Origin: a virus
Virus record (IMG/VR): IMGVR_UViG_3300027770_000032
Reading direction: 5' to 3' (one strand)
Length of the DNA: 64,000 bases
Positions 27,651 to 37,565 of the stretch are shown piece by piece; within the stretch, counting starts at the first letter, position 1; the number at the start of each line of letters is the position of its first letter. A program made the translations under genes and the position numbers. The notes under the pieces are model-generated. The model had not been told where the DNA came from. It worked only from the letters and a program-made list of their open reading frames with translations, and did not search any database.

Positions 27651-28160
27651 ATGTTTAATAATATCAAGGATTTCGATCGCTTTTTTGTAGGCTTCGATCC
27701 AATCGTAAAGAGAATGTCAGAAGCTGCAGAGCAGACTGTCAAGGCAGCTCAAAACTATCCCCCATACAATATCAAGAAGATTGATGAGAACAAGTATCTT
27801 ATCGAGATGGCTGTTGCTGGTTTCGGTAAGCAGGATCTCGAAATCGAGCTTGCAGAAGATAAGCTAATCATCAAAGGTAATGTTCAGTCTGGAGAACCTG
27901 CAGAGCAGGATTCGAAGGGCGAATGGACATGGCCTGCATTCCTCTATCAAGGACTTGCGAATCGCCCATTTACTCGCACGTTTAATCTCGCGGATAATGT
28001 AGAGATTCGTAACGCATCTCTTCTGAATGGTATTCTCAAGATTGCTCTCGAAGCAATTATTCCTGAGCATAAGAAACCAAAGAAGATCCATATTCAGGAT
28101 CCAGACGAAGAATATCCGTCGCAAGCTGCCGAATTCTTGGCAGAAGGTAAAACGAAGTAA
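27651..28160 (+). CDS. Small heat shock protein Hsp20 (IbpA-like)
   Basis: NYPPYNI, IEMAVAGF, FTRTFNLA, NGILKI. Confidence 0.95.
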   Translation: MFNNIKDFDRFFVGFDPIVKRMSEAAEQTVKAAQNYPPYNIKKIDENKYLIEMAVAGFGKQDLEIELAEDKLIIKGNVQSGEPAEQDSKGEWTWPAFLYQGLANRPFTRTFNLADNVEIRNASLLNGILKIALEAIIPEHKKPKKIHIQDPDEEYPSQAAEFLAEGKTK

Positions 28161-28163
28161 AAA

Positions 28164-28187
28164 GAAGGGGAGCTTTCGCTCCCCTTC
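28164..28187. terminator. Hairpin between convergent hsp20 and endolysin
   Basis: GAAGGGGAGC-TTTC-GCTCCCCTTC; A-run on left gives U tract on - strand. Confidence 0.85.
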
Positions 28188-28190
28188 AAC

Positions 28191-29357
28191 TTATCCCCAA
28201 TTGGCGTATTGTTTTGTTTTCTTTAGGCGATCGTCAAGACCATGTGTACCGCCATTCACTCGCTTTGTAATCTGAGTGATGATAGCATCGGATACACCTT
28301 TGTCTGCAATTGCAAGCAATCCATTTTTACGGAAGAACCATAATGCAGACTCAAAAGCCAACTCACCAACCACAAGATCAGGATTCGTCAAGACGTCAGG
28401 ACGTTTTACGTCAGCGGCAAAGGTTGCATAGTTGTCTTTCCCAGTCAGTTGGATCGGACCACGACCTCTCCACTTATAACCATCTCCAGAGGCTTCTGAA
28501 CCGTTCCCCATCCGATTAGCATACACTTTGTTTGCAATCTTTTCTGGTTTACGAGCATAACCTGCAGTCGAAGCGATCGTAGGAAAATACTTCTTGAAAA
28601 TTCCGTTGAGTCCCTTATCTGAGTAGTTGAGGTTCTCAGAGAACACCTTAAACCCACCTGACTCATGAGCACACTGACCGAAGAAGTGTGCCGCTTGATT
28701 GTTTGTCAGCTTGAAATAATCTCTTGCTGCCTTATATGTTCCAGGTCCCCATTTACCGTCGGCAACAATGCCGCATTTCGTTTGGAGAGCAGCTAATGGA
28801 CCAAGACCCGCAGCAATCGGAATTGCCTTTGAAGCAGGAACCGGAGGAGTTGTCTGACGAAGAACTCCAGTGGCCTTCATTGTGGTGGGATCAAAATCCT
28901 GAACAGGCGTATATGTTGTGCCACCAGATTTTGACTTCGCAGCAACTAGAAGTTGACGACGATTCCCACCAGCCTTCTTAATCGAAGCGTGAACCCATCC
29001 TGAATTCTTATCACCTTTTGTGTAGAACTCAAGAATCACTTGGTCAAATTCAAGATTATCGCCGATCCAATCGGCAACAGTTTTGTTATCAACACCTTTT
29101 ACTTCAAAGTCAATCGCCTGACCGTTGACATGTTGTGATGTCTTTGAACCACCGACTGCCTTATTCACAAGCGGTGCACGATACGAAGAGTTGATCGTCA
29201 CAGGACCAAACTTTGCACGAACTGGTTCAAGAATCTTTTCGCAACAGTAACGCATATTCTCAATATGTTCTGGAGTTGGATTATTGCTAAGTCCAAGTTT
29301 TTTAGCCGTTGGAGAAACAGTCATTTCTTCTAGAGCAAAATGTTCAGTTAGTTTCAT
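28191..29357 (-). CDS. Modular endolysin: peptidase M15A + GH19 muramidase
   Basis: SSYR...SQHVNGQAID...WVH (M15); AHESGGF...ENLNYS...GRGPIQLTG...VNGG (GH19). Confidence 0.88.
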   Translation of the reverse strand: MKLTEHFALEEMTVSPTAKKLGLSNNPTPEHIENMRYCCEKILEPVRAKFGPVTINSSYRAPLVNKAVGGSKTSQHVNGQAIDFEVKGVDNKTVADWIGDNLEFDQVILEFYTKGDKNSGWVHASIKKAGGNRRQLLVAAKSKSGGTTYTPVQDFDPTTMKATGVLRQTTPPVPASKAIPIAAGLGPLAALQTKCGIVADGKWGPGTYKAARDYFKLTNNQAAHFFGQCAHESGGFKVFSENLNYSDKGLNGIFKKYFPTIASTAGYARKPEKIANKVYANRMGNGSEASGDGYKWRGRGPIQLTGKDNYATFAADVKRPDVLTNPDLVVGELAFESALWFFRKNGLLAIADKGVSDAIITQITKRVNGGTHGLDDRLKKTKQYANWG

Positions 29358-29375
29358 TTTTATCGCCTTTTACTA

Positions 29376-29404
29376 TGTACTTTATTTGGGTTTTAGAGTA
29401 TAAC
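29376..29404 (+). promoter_or_regulatory. Variant promoter TGTACT-N17-TATAAC (gp43)
   Basis: One mismatch in each hexamer. Confidence 0.55.
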
Positions 29405-29433
29405 TAATAATGCGGCCAGATACTGGAGATCCA

Positions 29434-31941
29434 ATGAATTTTTATACCAATGTTACTCGTCATCGAAATCAAATTTTAGTTCGCGGAATATCTGACGGCA
29501 AACCTGTCAAGTTTTCTGTGAAATACAAACCTTATTTATTCGTTCAAGCAAGTGCACAAACCGAACATAAGAACCTGAAAGGTGAATATGTCGGCAAGAT
29601 GCAATTCGATTCCATGTCTGAAACACGAGAGTTTCTACAAAGTTACGAAAACGTGGCAGGCATGAACATCTACGGCCTCTCCGATTGGCCTTACATGTAT
29701 ATTTATGACAAGTATAAGGGTGAGATCAAGTATGATCCTGCCCTCGTTTCAGTTTGTTCGATCGATATCGAGACCAGCATTGAAGGTGGTTTCCCCGACA
29801 TCGAGAAAGCAGACAATGAAATCACAGCGATTACCATCGGCCGCAATGGTAGAAAGACTACTTTTGGTTGCGGTGAATATCAGGAGCATCAAGACAATGT
29901 ACAATATTACAAATGCGCAGACGAATCTGCACTCTTACTCGCCTTTCTCGAAGTCTGGAACGGATCACTCTATTCGCCTGACGTTGTCACAGGCTGGAAC
30001 ATCGAGTTCTTCGACATTCCGTATCTTGTCAACAGGATTCGAAAGGTTCTTGGAGATGATCACGCTGAACGTCTCTCTCCCTGGAAAATACTTCGTGAAT
30101 ACAAAGTTAACAGCCGTGGACGAGACTGCATTTGCTATGCCCCTATCGGCATCGCCGTCCTTGATTACATCAAACTCTACAGGAAGTTTACGTACACAGA
30201 GCAGGAATCTTACCGACTTGACTACATCGCTCAAGTTGAACTCGGCGAAGGAAAGCTTGACTATCGCGATGAAGGTTATACCGACCTCGATGACCTTCGG
30301 CTAAGAAACTTTCAACTCTACATCGAATATAACGTTCGAGATGTTGAGATCGTTGAGAGACTCGAAGACAAGCTAAAGCTCATCGAGCTGGTCTATGCTT
30401 TGGCTTATGACGCTAAGGTAAACTATGAAGATACCATGGCAACCGTGAAGCAATGGGACGTGATCACTCACAACTATCTTCTCGATCGAAACATCGTGGT
30501 TCCTCTCAACGATAAGAATAAACCCGACCGAGCCTTCGTAGGCGGATATGTCAAAGATCCAAAGGTCGGCATGAGTAAATGGGTTGTGTCGTTCGATCTA
30601 AACTCCCTTTATCCTCACCTTATTATGCAGTACAACATCTCGCCAGAGACGCTTGTCACTCGCTTAAAAGATAAGGTGTCGATCGACGACCTACTTGTTG
30701 GTGGCGCTAGTCAGTTCGGTGGCTATCTTGATAAAACGAACTGCACTATCGCCGCCAACCTTTGTATCTATACAAAAGAAAAGCGTGGCTTCTTGCCATC
30801 GATTATGGATCGTATGTATGACGATCGTACTCGATATAAGAAGCAGATGATCAAGTGTAAGAAAGAATACGAGAAGACGAAAGAACCCCAGCTCGTCAAA
30901 GAAATTGCTCGTCTCGATAACATGCAGATGGCCAAGAAGATTCAGTTGAACTCGGCTTATGGTGCTCTCGGCAACAAGTGGTTTCGCTGGTTTGACGTGA
31001 ACAATGCCGAAGCCATTACCACATCTGGTCAGCTCAGCATTCGTTGGATCGAGAATAAGCTCAACGACTATCTCAACAAACTGTTGAAGACCGAGAACTT
31101 TGACTATGTATTGGCTTCCGATACCGATTCAGTGTATGTGACTCTCGAATACCTCGTGAAGAATGTATTCGGTGATGATGTTCCTGAAACGAAGAAGGTG
31201 ATCCAATATATCGACAAGATCTGTAAGGAACGAATTGAACCATTCATCGACCGTTCTTATCAAGAGCTTGCCGAATATATGCGTGCATATGATCAGAAGA
31301 TGCAAATGAAGCGAGAGAACATCGCAGATAAAGGTATCTGGAAGGCCAAGAAGATGTACATCTTGAATGTATGGAACTCTGAAGGTGTTGAGTATGAGAA
31401 GCCGAAGTTGAAGATGACAGGCATCGAAGCAGTTCGATCCTCGACTCCGACTGCATGTCGTGATGCCATTAAGAAATCTCTCGAGATTATTATGGCTGGA
31501 TCCGAATCGGATCTTCAGAAATATGTGGCCAACTTTAAGTCAGAGTTTTCTTCTCTTGGATTTGACGACATTGCTTTTACTCGCGGTGTCAAGGATATCG
31601 AGAAATATTGGGTAGGTGGTAGGTTCCAAAGCCAGACACCTATTCACGTTCGCGGTTCAGTCGTCTTCAATGAAATGTTGAAGAAGAAGAAACTGACAAA
31701 TAAATATCAATTGATTACCAGCGGTGAAAAGATTAAGTTCGCGTATCTCAAAAACCCGAACCCGACACAAGACTACGTGATCGCATGTCCGAATGGTCTA
31801 CCAAAAGAATTGAAAATGGAAACCTATATCGACTATGCGGTGCAGTTCGAGAAAGGCTATCTTAGCCCTATCGAGTCTATCACAAATACAATGGGCTGGC
31901 AAGCAGAAAAAAGAGCAACACTCGAGGATTGGCTAAACTAA
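29434..31941 (+). CDS. gp43: Family B DNA polymerase
   Basis: DIET exonuclease, SFDLNSLYP, KIQLNSAYG, DTDS. Confidence 0.98.
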   Translation: MNFYTNVTRHRNQILVRGISDGKPVKFSVKYKPYLFVQASAQTEHKNLKGEYVGKMQFDSMSETREFLQSYENVAGMNIYGLSDWPYMYIYDKYKGEIKYDPALVSVCSIDIETSIEGGFPDIEKADNEITAITIGRNGRKTTFGCGEYQEHQDNVQYYKCADESALLLAFLEVWNGSLYSPDVVTGWNIEFFDIPYLVNRIRKVLGDDHAERLSPWKILREYKVNSRGRDCICYAPIGIAVLDYIKLYRKFTYTEQESYRLDYIAQVELGEGKLDYRDEGYTDLDDLRLRNFQLYIEYNVRDVEIVERLEDKLKLIELVYALAYDAKVNYEDTMATVKQWDVITHNYLLDRNIVVPLNDKNKPDRAFVGGYVKDPKVGMSKWVVSFDLNSLYPHLIMQYNISPETLVTRLKDKVSIDDLLVGGASQFGGYLDKTNCTIAANLCIYTKEKRGFLPSIMDRMYDDRTRYKKQMIKCKKEYEKTKEPQLVKEIARLDNMQMAKKIQLNSAYGALGNKWFRWFDVNNAEAITTSGQLSIRWIENKLNDYLNKLLKTENFDYVLASDTDSVYVTLEYLVKNVFGDDVPETKKVIQYIDKICKERIEPFIDRSYQELAEYMRAYDQKMQMKRENIADKGIWKAKKMYILNVWNSEGVEYEKPKLKMTGIEAVRSSTPTACRDAIKKSLEIIMAGSESDLQKYVANFKSEFSSLGFDDIAFTRGVKDIEKYWVGGRFQSQTPIHVRGSVVFNEMLKKKKLTNKYQLITSGEKIKFAYLKNPNPTQDYVIACPNGLPKELKMETYIDYAVQFEKGYLSPIESITNTMGWQAEKRATLEDWLN

Positions 31942-32171
31942 TGGCAAACTTAGACATCGATTTAGATTTTGATTTTGGTTTCACGACTTCTTCTGAAGAA
32001 GAAATCAAACAAGAAGGTACTGATAAGGCAAGGCACATGTACGATGCCATCATGCCTTTACTTACAAACTTAAAGAAAGACGCAGATAAAAACCCGATCA
32101 TTAACTGGCCTAATCGTGGCGAGAAGATCGATCTCTTCATTACTAAACTGAATAAGATACTTGCGAGTTAA
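31941..32171 (+). CDS. Hypothetical protein
   Basis: DFDFGF...PLL.NLKK...INWPNR pattern seen in T4-like phages. Confidence 0.7.
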   Translation: MANLDIDLDFDFGFTTSSEEEIKQEGTDKARHMYDAIMPLLTNLKKDADKNPIINWPNRGEKIDLFITKLNKILAS

Positions 32172-32183
32172 TAAAAATACTTG

Positions 32184-32212
32184 TGTACAAATAAAGATAT
32201 ATCGTATATACT
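32184..32212 (+). promoter_or_regulatory. Early-type promoter TGTACA-N17-TATACT (uvsX)
   Basis: Recurrent motif. Confidence 0.8.
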
Positions 32213-32236
32213 GGGACAATCAGACAAGGAGAAGTT

Positions 32237-33307
32237 ATGTCAGACCTATTAAATAAATTGCGTAAGAATACCACAATCAAAGATTCGGATATCTTATCAG
32301 ATTCCAAGTTCTTCAATGCCAAGGACATGATCCGCACGACAGTGCCTGCAATCAACATTGCATTGAGTGGTAAAATTAATGGTGGCTTCGTTCCTGGTCT
32401 GACTATTTGGGCAGGTCCATCAAAGCACTTTAAAACTTCGTTCAGTCTTCTCATGGCGAAGGCATATATGGACACTTATCCTGATGCAGTCATGCTTTTT
32501 TATGACTCAGAATTTGGTACTCCTCAAGCTTACTTCGACTCGTTCGGCATCGACACATCTCGAGTTCTCCATACTCCCATCACAGATGTAGAACAGTTGA
32601 AGTTTGATATTATGCAACAGTTTGGTGAGATCAAGCGCGGTGATCATGTCATCATCGTAATCGATTCTGTTGGTAACCTTGCATCGAAGAAAGAAGTCGA
32701 AGATGCATTGAAGCAAAACTCGGCAGCCGATATGACTCGTGCAAAACAACTCAAGTCTCTCTTCCGTATGGTAACACCACACCTCAATCTGAAAGATATT
32801 CCGCTAGTCGTGGTCAATCACACCTATCAGACTCAAGAGATGTACTCGAAGGCTGTGGTTTCTGGTGGTACAGGCATCTATTACTCGGCTGATAACATCT
32901 TCATCATCGGGCGTCAGCAAGAAAAAGATGGCAAGGAAGTCACTGGTTATAACTTCATCATCAACGTCGAGAAGTCACGTTATGTAAAAGAAAAATCAAA
33001 GATTCCTATCGAAGTGTCATGGGACAAGGGTATCAGCAAATGGTCTGGTCTCTTGGATATGGCACTCGAGTCTGGTCATGTCATCAAGCCAAAGGTTGGT
33101 TGGTATCAGAAGGTTGATATGGAAACTGGCGAAATCCTTGACAAGTCTTATCGTATCGCTGATACCTACAACGTTGGTTTCTGGCATCCTATTTTGATCT
33201 GCCCGAAGTTTGTTGACTTCATTGAGAACAAGTATGCTGCAGCCAACGGTGCTATTATGCAAAGTGAAGACGACGTGGCAGATGTTTATGAGATGGAGGA
33301 TGAATGA
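32237..33307 (+). CDS. uvsX: RecA-like recombinase
   Basis: GPSKHFKT, YDSEFG, DSVGNLASKKE. Confidence 0.97.
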   Translation: MSDLLNKLRKNTTIKDSDILSDSKFFNAKDMIRTTVPAINIALSGKINGGFVPGLTIWAGPSKHFKTSFSLLMAKAYMDTYPDAVMLFYDSEFGTPQAYFDSFGIDTSRVLHTPITDVEQLKFDIMQQFGEIKRGDHVIIVIDSVGNLASKKEVEDALKQNSAADMTRAKQLKSLFRMVTPHLNLKDIPLVVVNHTYQTQEMYSKAVVSGGTGIYYSADNIFIIGRQQEKDGKEVTGYNFIINVEKSRYVKEKSKIPIEVSWDKGISKWSGLLDMALESGHVIKPKVGWYQKVDMETGEILDKSYRIADTYNVGFWHPILICPKFVDFIENKYAAANGAIMQSEDDVADVYEMEDE

Positions 33308-34719
33308 GAATTGAACATATCATATTTGGAAATCTTATCGAAAACGAGGAATACGGTCGTAAGGTCATTCCATTCCTCAAAGAAGAGTACTTTACCGACA
33401 CTGTAGATCGTAAGATCTTCTCTATCATTCATGAATATGTGGGAAAGTATAACAACTTTCCTACAAAATCTGCTGTCGAGATCGATCTCAACGATGTCGG
33501 TGGTTTGTCTGATGATCAGTTTAAGACTGCAAAAGAAGTTGTCTCTGGACTTGACAAATCTGAAGATCGTGATGTGGCATGGCTCGTAGATAATACCGAG
33601 AAGTTTTGTAAAGACAAGGCTCTATATAATGCTCTGATGCAATCGATTCAGATCGTCGATGATAGTAAGAAGGATAGCATATCTGTTGGATCCATTCCTC
33701 AGATCTTGACTAATGCTCTCGGTGTTTCTTTCGATAGTCATGTTGGTCATGACTTCTTGAATGACGCAGCAGAACGCTATGAGTTCTATCATCGGAAAGA
33801 AGTTCGAATTGGTTTCGATCTCGATCACTTTAACAAGATTACTCAAGGCGGTCTCCCTCGCAAGACACTCAATATTGCTCTTGCTGGCACTGGTGTCGGT
33901 AAGTCATTGTTCATGTGTCATGGCGCGGCACATAACTTGATGGCAGGTCAGAATGTCTTGTATATTACTCTCGAAATGGCAGAAGAAAGAATCGCCGAGC
34001 GTATCGATGCCAATCTTCTTGGTGTCACGCTTATCGATCTCAAAGATCTGCCACAGGCAATCTACTATAAGTTGATCGGAAGAGTCAAGGAACGAGCAAA
34101 AGGTAAGCTCATTGTGAAGGAGTATCCAACAGCATGCGCAGGCGCCGCAAACTTTCGACATCTCTTAAACGAGTTGAAGATCAAGAAGAACTTTATCCCG
34201 GACATTATCTACATCGATTATCTCAACATCTGTGCATCTTCGAGGATCAAACCGGGATCGAACGTGAACTCGTACACCTACATCAAGGCGATCGCCGAGG
34301 AACTTCGCGGCCTCGCCGTCGAGTTCAACGTCCCTATTGTTTCGGCGACTCAGACTAATCGTTCTGGTTTTAGTAGCTCTGATGTTGGTCTCGAAGATAC
34401 TTCTGAATCGTTCGGTTTGCCGGCAACTGCAGATTTTATGTTTGCCTTGATTACGAGCGAAGAGTTACGTCAACTTAATCAGATCATGGTCAAACAACTC
34501 AAGAACCGTTACGGCGATCCATCGGTGAATAAACGCTTTGTGATTGGTGTTGACTACTCGAAGATGAGACTGTATAATGTAGAAGCTTCTGCTCAAGTCG
34601 ACATCGTGCAAGATGAAGATCGACCAATCTTTGACAATACAAACTCTGGTTATCGACTCGAAAATGAATCGAAACCAGTCAGCAAGTTCGAGAAAATCAA
34701 ATTTGCAGGTTTCAAATGA
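33304..34719 (+). CDS. gp41: Replicative DNA helicase
   Basis: AGTGVGKS, IDYLNI, SATQTNR, SESFGLPATAD, KQLKNRY. Confidence 0.97.
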   Translation: MRIEHIIFGNLIENEEYGRKVIPFLKEEYFTDTVDRKIFSIIHEYVGKYNNFPTKSAVEIDLNDVGGLSDDQFKTAKEVVSGLDKSEDRDVAWLVDNTEKFCKDKALYNALMQSIQIVDDSKKDSISVGSIPQILTNALGVSFDSHVGHDFLNDAAERYEFYHRKEVRIGFDLDHFNKITQGGLPRKTLNIALAGTGVGKSLFMCHGAAHNLMAGQNVLYITLEMAEERIAERIDANLLGVTLIDLKDLPQAIYYKLIGRVKERAKGKLIVKEYPTACAGAANFRHLLNELKIKKNFIPDIIYIDYLNICASSRIKPGSNVNSYTYIKAIAEELRGLAVEFNVPIVSATQTNRSGFSSSDVGLEDTSESFGLPATADFMFALITSEELRQLNQIMVKQLKNRYGDPSVNKRFVIGVDYSKMRLYNVEASAQVDIVQDEDRPIFDNTNSGYRLENESKPVSKFEKIKFAGFK

Positions 34720-34898
34720 TCGATAATCTCAGGAACGGTTGGATAATCAATACAGTCAAAAATCCTAAATACAGATGGAAATGCCAGATACTAAAGAATA
34801 CTTGGTGGATGGTCGAGGAAGGCAATGAGCCTAATTGGTTTCATCGCAAGATGCAAGAACTTTGTTTTGGTTTTAAATGGGAGAAGATTGATGGTTAA
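34716..34898 (+). CDS. Small Trp-rich hypothetical protein
   Basis: Coupled ORF; PNWFHRKMQ. Confidence 0.6.
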   Translation: MIDNLRNGWIINTVKNPKYRWKCQILKNTWWMVEEGNEPNWFHRKMQELCFGFKWEKIDG

Positions 34899-35133
34899 CT
34901 ACAAGATCGTAAATACTGGAAAGATCGTCAACGTTGGTGGCGGGTTTGGAGAAATGGGTGGAGATATCCTCGAGACCAAGACAGATCAGATTGTAGTCAA
35001 GGGTATGCGTATGTCCAAAGCCAAGGAGATGGTTCGTCACCTAAACTTTGGCGGTGGGTTTGATGGATCTACTCCAGCATTTTTTTTAGCCGAACGCGAA
35101 AAAACTTTAGAATTGACTGTAGAACTTGTATAA
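34891..35133 (+). CDS. Hypothetical protein
   Basis: LNFGGGFDGSTPAFF motif. Confidence 0.65.
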   Translation: MVNYKIVNTGKIVNVGGGFGEMGGDILETKTDQIVVKGMRMSKAKEMVRHLNFGGGFDGSTPAFFLAEREKTLELTVELV

Positions 35134-35136
35134 ATA
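35129..35136 (+). promoter_or_regulatory. T4-type late promoter of candidate ncRNA
   Basis: Exact TATAAATA. Confidence 0.7.
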
Positions 35137-35283
35137 GATGTACACTATGTGGTGCGTGGATATACAGTTCAACTGTGTAAGTTAGGCAAGAGTCTTAATT
35201 GACGAATGGAATAGGCAGGGTCACAGGTGGGGTTCCTCCTGCTACACGCATGATGGGCGGCTTTCGGGTCGCCCATTTTTTTT
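35137..35283 (+). ncRNA. Candidate small structured RNA with its own late promoter and terminator
   Basis: TATAAATA at 35129; closing stem 35153-58/35245-50, three inner stems; terminator 35253-35283; no ORF. Confidence 0.6.
35253..35283 (+). terminator. Intrinsic terminator
   Basis: ATGGGCGGC-TTTCGG-GTCGCCCAT + T tract. Confidence 0.9.
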
Positions 35284-35303
35284 GTCTTTTTTAAAAATAA
35301 ACA

Positions 35304-35332
35304 TGTACATTTTATCAAAACTTTGGTAGTAT
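35304..35332 (+). promoter_or_regulatory. Early-type promoter TGTACA-N17-TAGTAT
   Basis: Recurrent motif with AAAATAAACA. Confidence 0.8.
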
Positions 35333-35357
35333 GAATAATAAGCTAAGGAGATTGTTA

Positions 35358-35660
35358 ATGACTGCTTTTACAAAAACTAACTTCGAATACCATGGTGGAT
35401 ACCTGCACTACATGACTGCTGCAGGTGAACGCAAGTTTGTTGCGCGCTTCAAGCATCGTGGTCCAGTTACCAAGGCTAAGTTTCAAGCCGCATTGATTAA
35501 GCACTACACAGTCGAAGGTTACTTTGCTCGTCTGGTTGGTCCTTATAATGCTCAAGGTGAAGCTCCTCTGCAGATCTTGATGAATGACGAGATCTTGCAA
35601 TTCGATCGTGATGATTTAGGCCGCGGATTCTTTATCTTAGACGGTAAAGAACTCCGCTAA
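35358..35660 (+). CDS. Early hypothetical protein, paralog of 2760..3047
   Basis: Near-identical N-terminal two-thirds; same promoter cassette. Confidence 0.8.
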   Translation: MTAFTKTNFEYHGGYLHYMTAAGERKFVARFKHRGPVTKAKFQAALIKHYTVEGYFARLVGPYNAQGEAPLQILMNDEILQFDRDDLGRGFFILDGKELR

Positions 35661-35668
35661 AATAAACA

Positions 35669-35697
35669 TGTACAATTAATCGATATCGATGTATACC
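35669..35697 (+). promoter_or_regulatory. Early-type promoter TGTACA-N17-TATACC
   Basis: Recurrent motif with AAAATAAACA. Confidence 0.7.
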
Positions 35698-35719
35698 AGA
35701 ATCTGAAGGAAATTATATT

Positions 35720-36139
35720 ATGACAATGCATCTTCTCGGCCCTGCTTACACGACCACTCATCATGGCAAGCGTAAGTCCAAAATGACGACGTCAAAGTAC
35801 ACCAAAATTGGTTTGGCTTGGCTCGAAGATTGTAGATTTTGCAAGAGCAACGGCTTAAAGCCAAAGACGTTCGAAGAATATCAAGATTACCGTGCAGGTA
35901 ACTACAAGCCAAAGCTTCGCGGTACACCGATGCCTGATTATGGCATTTCTGACCATCGCCAAAAGTATCCTTCTCAGAACGAGATCGGTGTAGCTTACAC
36001 CAAGAACTCAAATTACGAGCAAGAAAAGCTCGCAGTAAGCAGCAATTATATCATCGGCCAAGCCTATAATAAAGGCGGACTTGTTGTCCTTTCCAAGTCT
36101 GAAGCGGCCGATCCGGCAACTGGTAAGAGGCGAGCTTGA
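35720..36139 (+). CDS. Hypothetical protein
   Basis: MTMHL...AYNKGG pattern; promoter and SD. Confidence 0.7.
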   Translation: MTMHLLGPAYTTTHHGKRKSKMTTSKYTKIGLAWLEDCRFCKSNGLKPKTFEEYQDYRAGNYKPKLRGTPMPDYGISDHRQKYPSQNEIGVAYTKNSNYEQEKLAVSSNYIIGQAYNKGGLVVLSKSEAADPATGKRRA

Positions 36140-36284
36140 GCTTCTTGTTCTTCCTCTCATCGTTGCCGTTCTTGGCGATCTTGGGCTTCTTCCTTTGGGT
36201 CGGGTTTAAGGTCGCCAAGCATTTTTTTAAATTCGCACTCTATGGATTTCTTTTTATTATTTTAATCCTTCTCGCTTTAGGGGG

Positions 36285-36313
36285 TGTACAAAATTGAATT
36301 TTTGTAGTAAGGT
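36285..36313 (+). promoter_or_regulatory. Early-type promoter TGTACA-N17-TAAGGT
   Basis: Recurrent motif. Confidence 0.7.
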
Positions 36314-36319
36314 AAACCT

Positions 36320-36553
36320 ATGATTGACCATACACCAACTTATTCCGCCTTTCGTACGCCGCTCGCAATGACTGGTATCGATTTTCATGATCACCATCTA
36401 GTCGGTCTGACATGGCCATATATAAACTGCAAAGGCAAACAGTATCACGTGACGATGCTCGATCGTGGTTGGGTGTGTGACTGTCCCGGTTTTAATTTCT
36501 ATAATAAGTGTAAGCACATTACACAAGTGCACGAAAAGGTGATAGCAGAATGA
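36320..36553 (+). CDS. SWIM zinc-finger protein
   Basis: CDCPGF...CKH. Confidence 0.75.
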   Translation: MIDHTPTYSAFRTPLAMTGIDFHDHHLVGLTWPYINCKGKQYHVTMLDRGWVCDCPGFNFYNKCKHITQVHEKVIAE

Positions 36554-36951
36554 TTGTTCAAAACGCAGCGACATGCCTGAGTTGTGGAGATTTTATTGTT
36601 TCGAAGCATCGTCATGACTTTGTTGAATGCACGTGCGGTGCGATCGCAGTCGATGGTGGCCAAGATTATCTTCGACGTGTAGGTGACTTTACGAATGCGA
36701 CTGATCACTCGTGGTCTTTAGACAGTGATTTATATTTTGATTGTGCACAAGCAGTGACCGACGCTCTCGATACAGGAAGAAACAATATCGGCGTTGCAAA
36801 TGCTGTGTTGCGTAAGCTTCGTGAAGCTGGTCGTATTGTTGCCGATCACGAGCAGCGTATCTTTGCCGAGAATAAGAACCTCGACGAGATTATGGTTGAA
36901 GAAGCTGATGGTACTTTTAATCGTTATAGGAAGGTAAATATTAATGAGTAA
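36550..36951 (+). CDS. Zn-binding hypothetical protein
   Basis: CLSC...HDFVECTCG..AVDGG. Confidence 0.7.
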   Translation: MIVQNAATCLSCGDFIVSKHRHDFVECTCGAIAVDGGQDYLRRVGDFTNATDHSWSLDSDLYFDCAQAVTDALDTGRNNIGVANAVLRKLREAGRIVADHEQRIFAENKNLDEIMVEEADGTFNRYRKVNINE

Positions 36952-37186
36952 GTATACGATTGATTTAACTTATGAAATGACTGATCAAATTGTTGTCGAC
37001 CAACTGCGTGATACATGGGATACTTTGCGTCGAGATCTTGGATCAAACTCCAGTGTTTTTGTTTGGGGTGATCAAGAGGCTGATGATGTCGAGATCCAAA
37101 AACATATCGATGCGCTTGAGATTGTGCTCAAGTGGTATTCAACTCCTGATCAGCTAAAAGAAATGGGATTGAAAGACGATGCCTAA
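36944..37186 (+). CDS. Hypothetical protein
   Basis: Overlapping operon ORF. Confidence 0.65.
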   Translation: MSKYTIDLTYEMTDQIVVDQLRDTWDTLRRDLGSNSSVFVWGDQEADDVEIQKHIDALEIVLKWYSTPDQLKEMGLKDDA

Positions 37187-37565
37187 GTATCTTGTAGAAA
37201 CAATCTCGGTGCACCGTATTCGTTATGTTGTCGAATGTGAGAGTGCAGAACATGCCAAAGACGTCGTCACGATGAATGAGGCGGAAGAGTTTTCTCAGAT
37301 GCATATCGACGAGTTAGTCACTTCTGCTCGCGTAATCGATGATGCAGAGTATCTTCGTGTATTTGACGAGGACAATGATTATCTTCGTGAATGGTCAGAC
37401 GAACAAAAGTTTAAGTATGTGCACGAAGTGGTCTATGATACTCCGAAACCAGATATGAAAGAACTTGATCCTGATCTACGTGACTGGGAATACGATGGGC
37501 TTGGTATCAAAGTCTGGAAAGGCACAAATATTCGTTATGAGGTAGAAAATAATGGAACAGAATAA
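37179..37565 (+). CDS. Hypothetical protein
   Basis: Overlapping operon ORF. Confidence 0.65.
   Translation: MPKYLVETISVHRIRYVVECESAEHAKDVVTMNEAEEFSQMHIDELVTSARVIDDAEYLRVFDEDNDYLREWSDEQKFKYVHEVVYDTPKPDMKELDPDLRDWEYDGLGIKVWKGTNIRYEVENNGTE

Noticed and set aside
29416-29426. CCAG-ATA-CTGG hairpin at the gp43 SD as an autogenous operator
   Set aside because: Only 4 bp; cannot be distinguished from chance
29705-30304. 199-aa alternative-frame ORF inside gp43
   Set aside because: Ser/Thr/Arg-rich composition typical of an off-frame read of biased codons; no motif, unlike the Rz1 case
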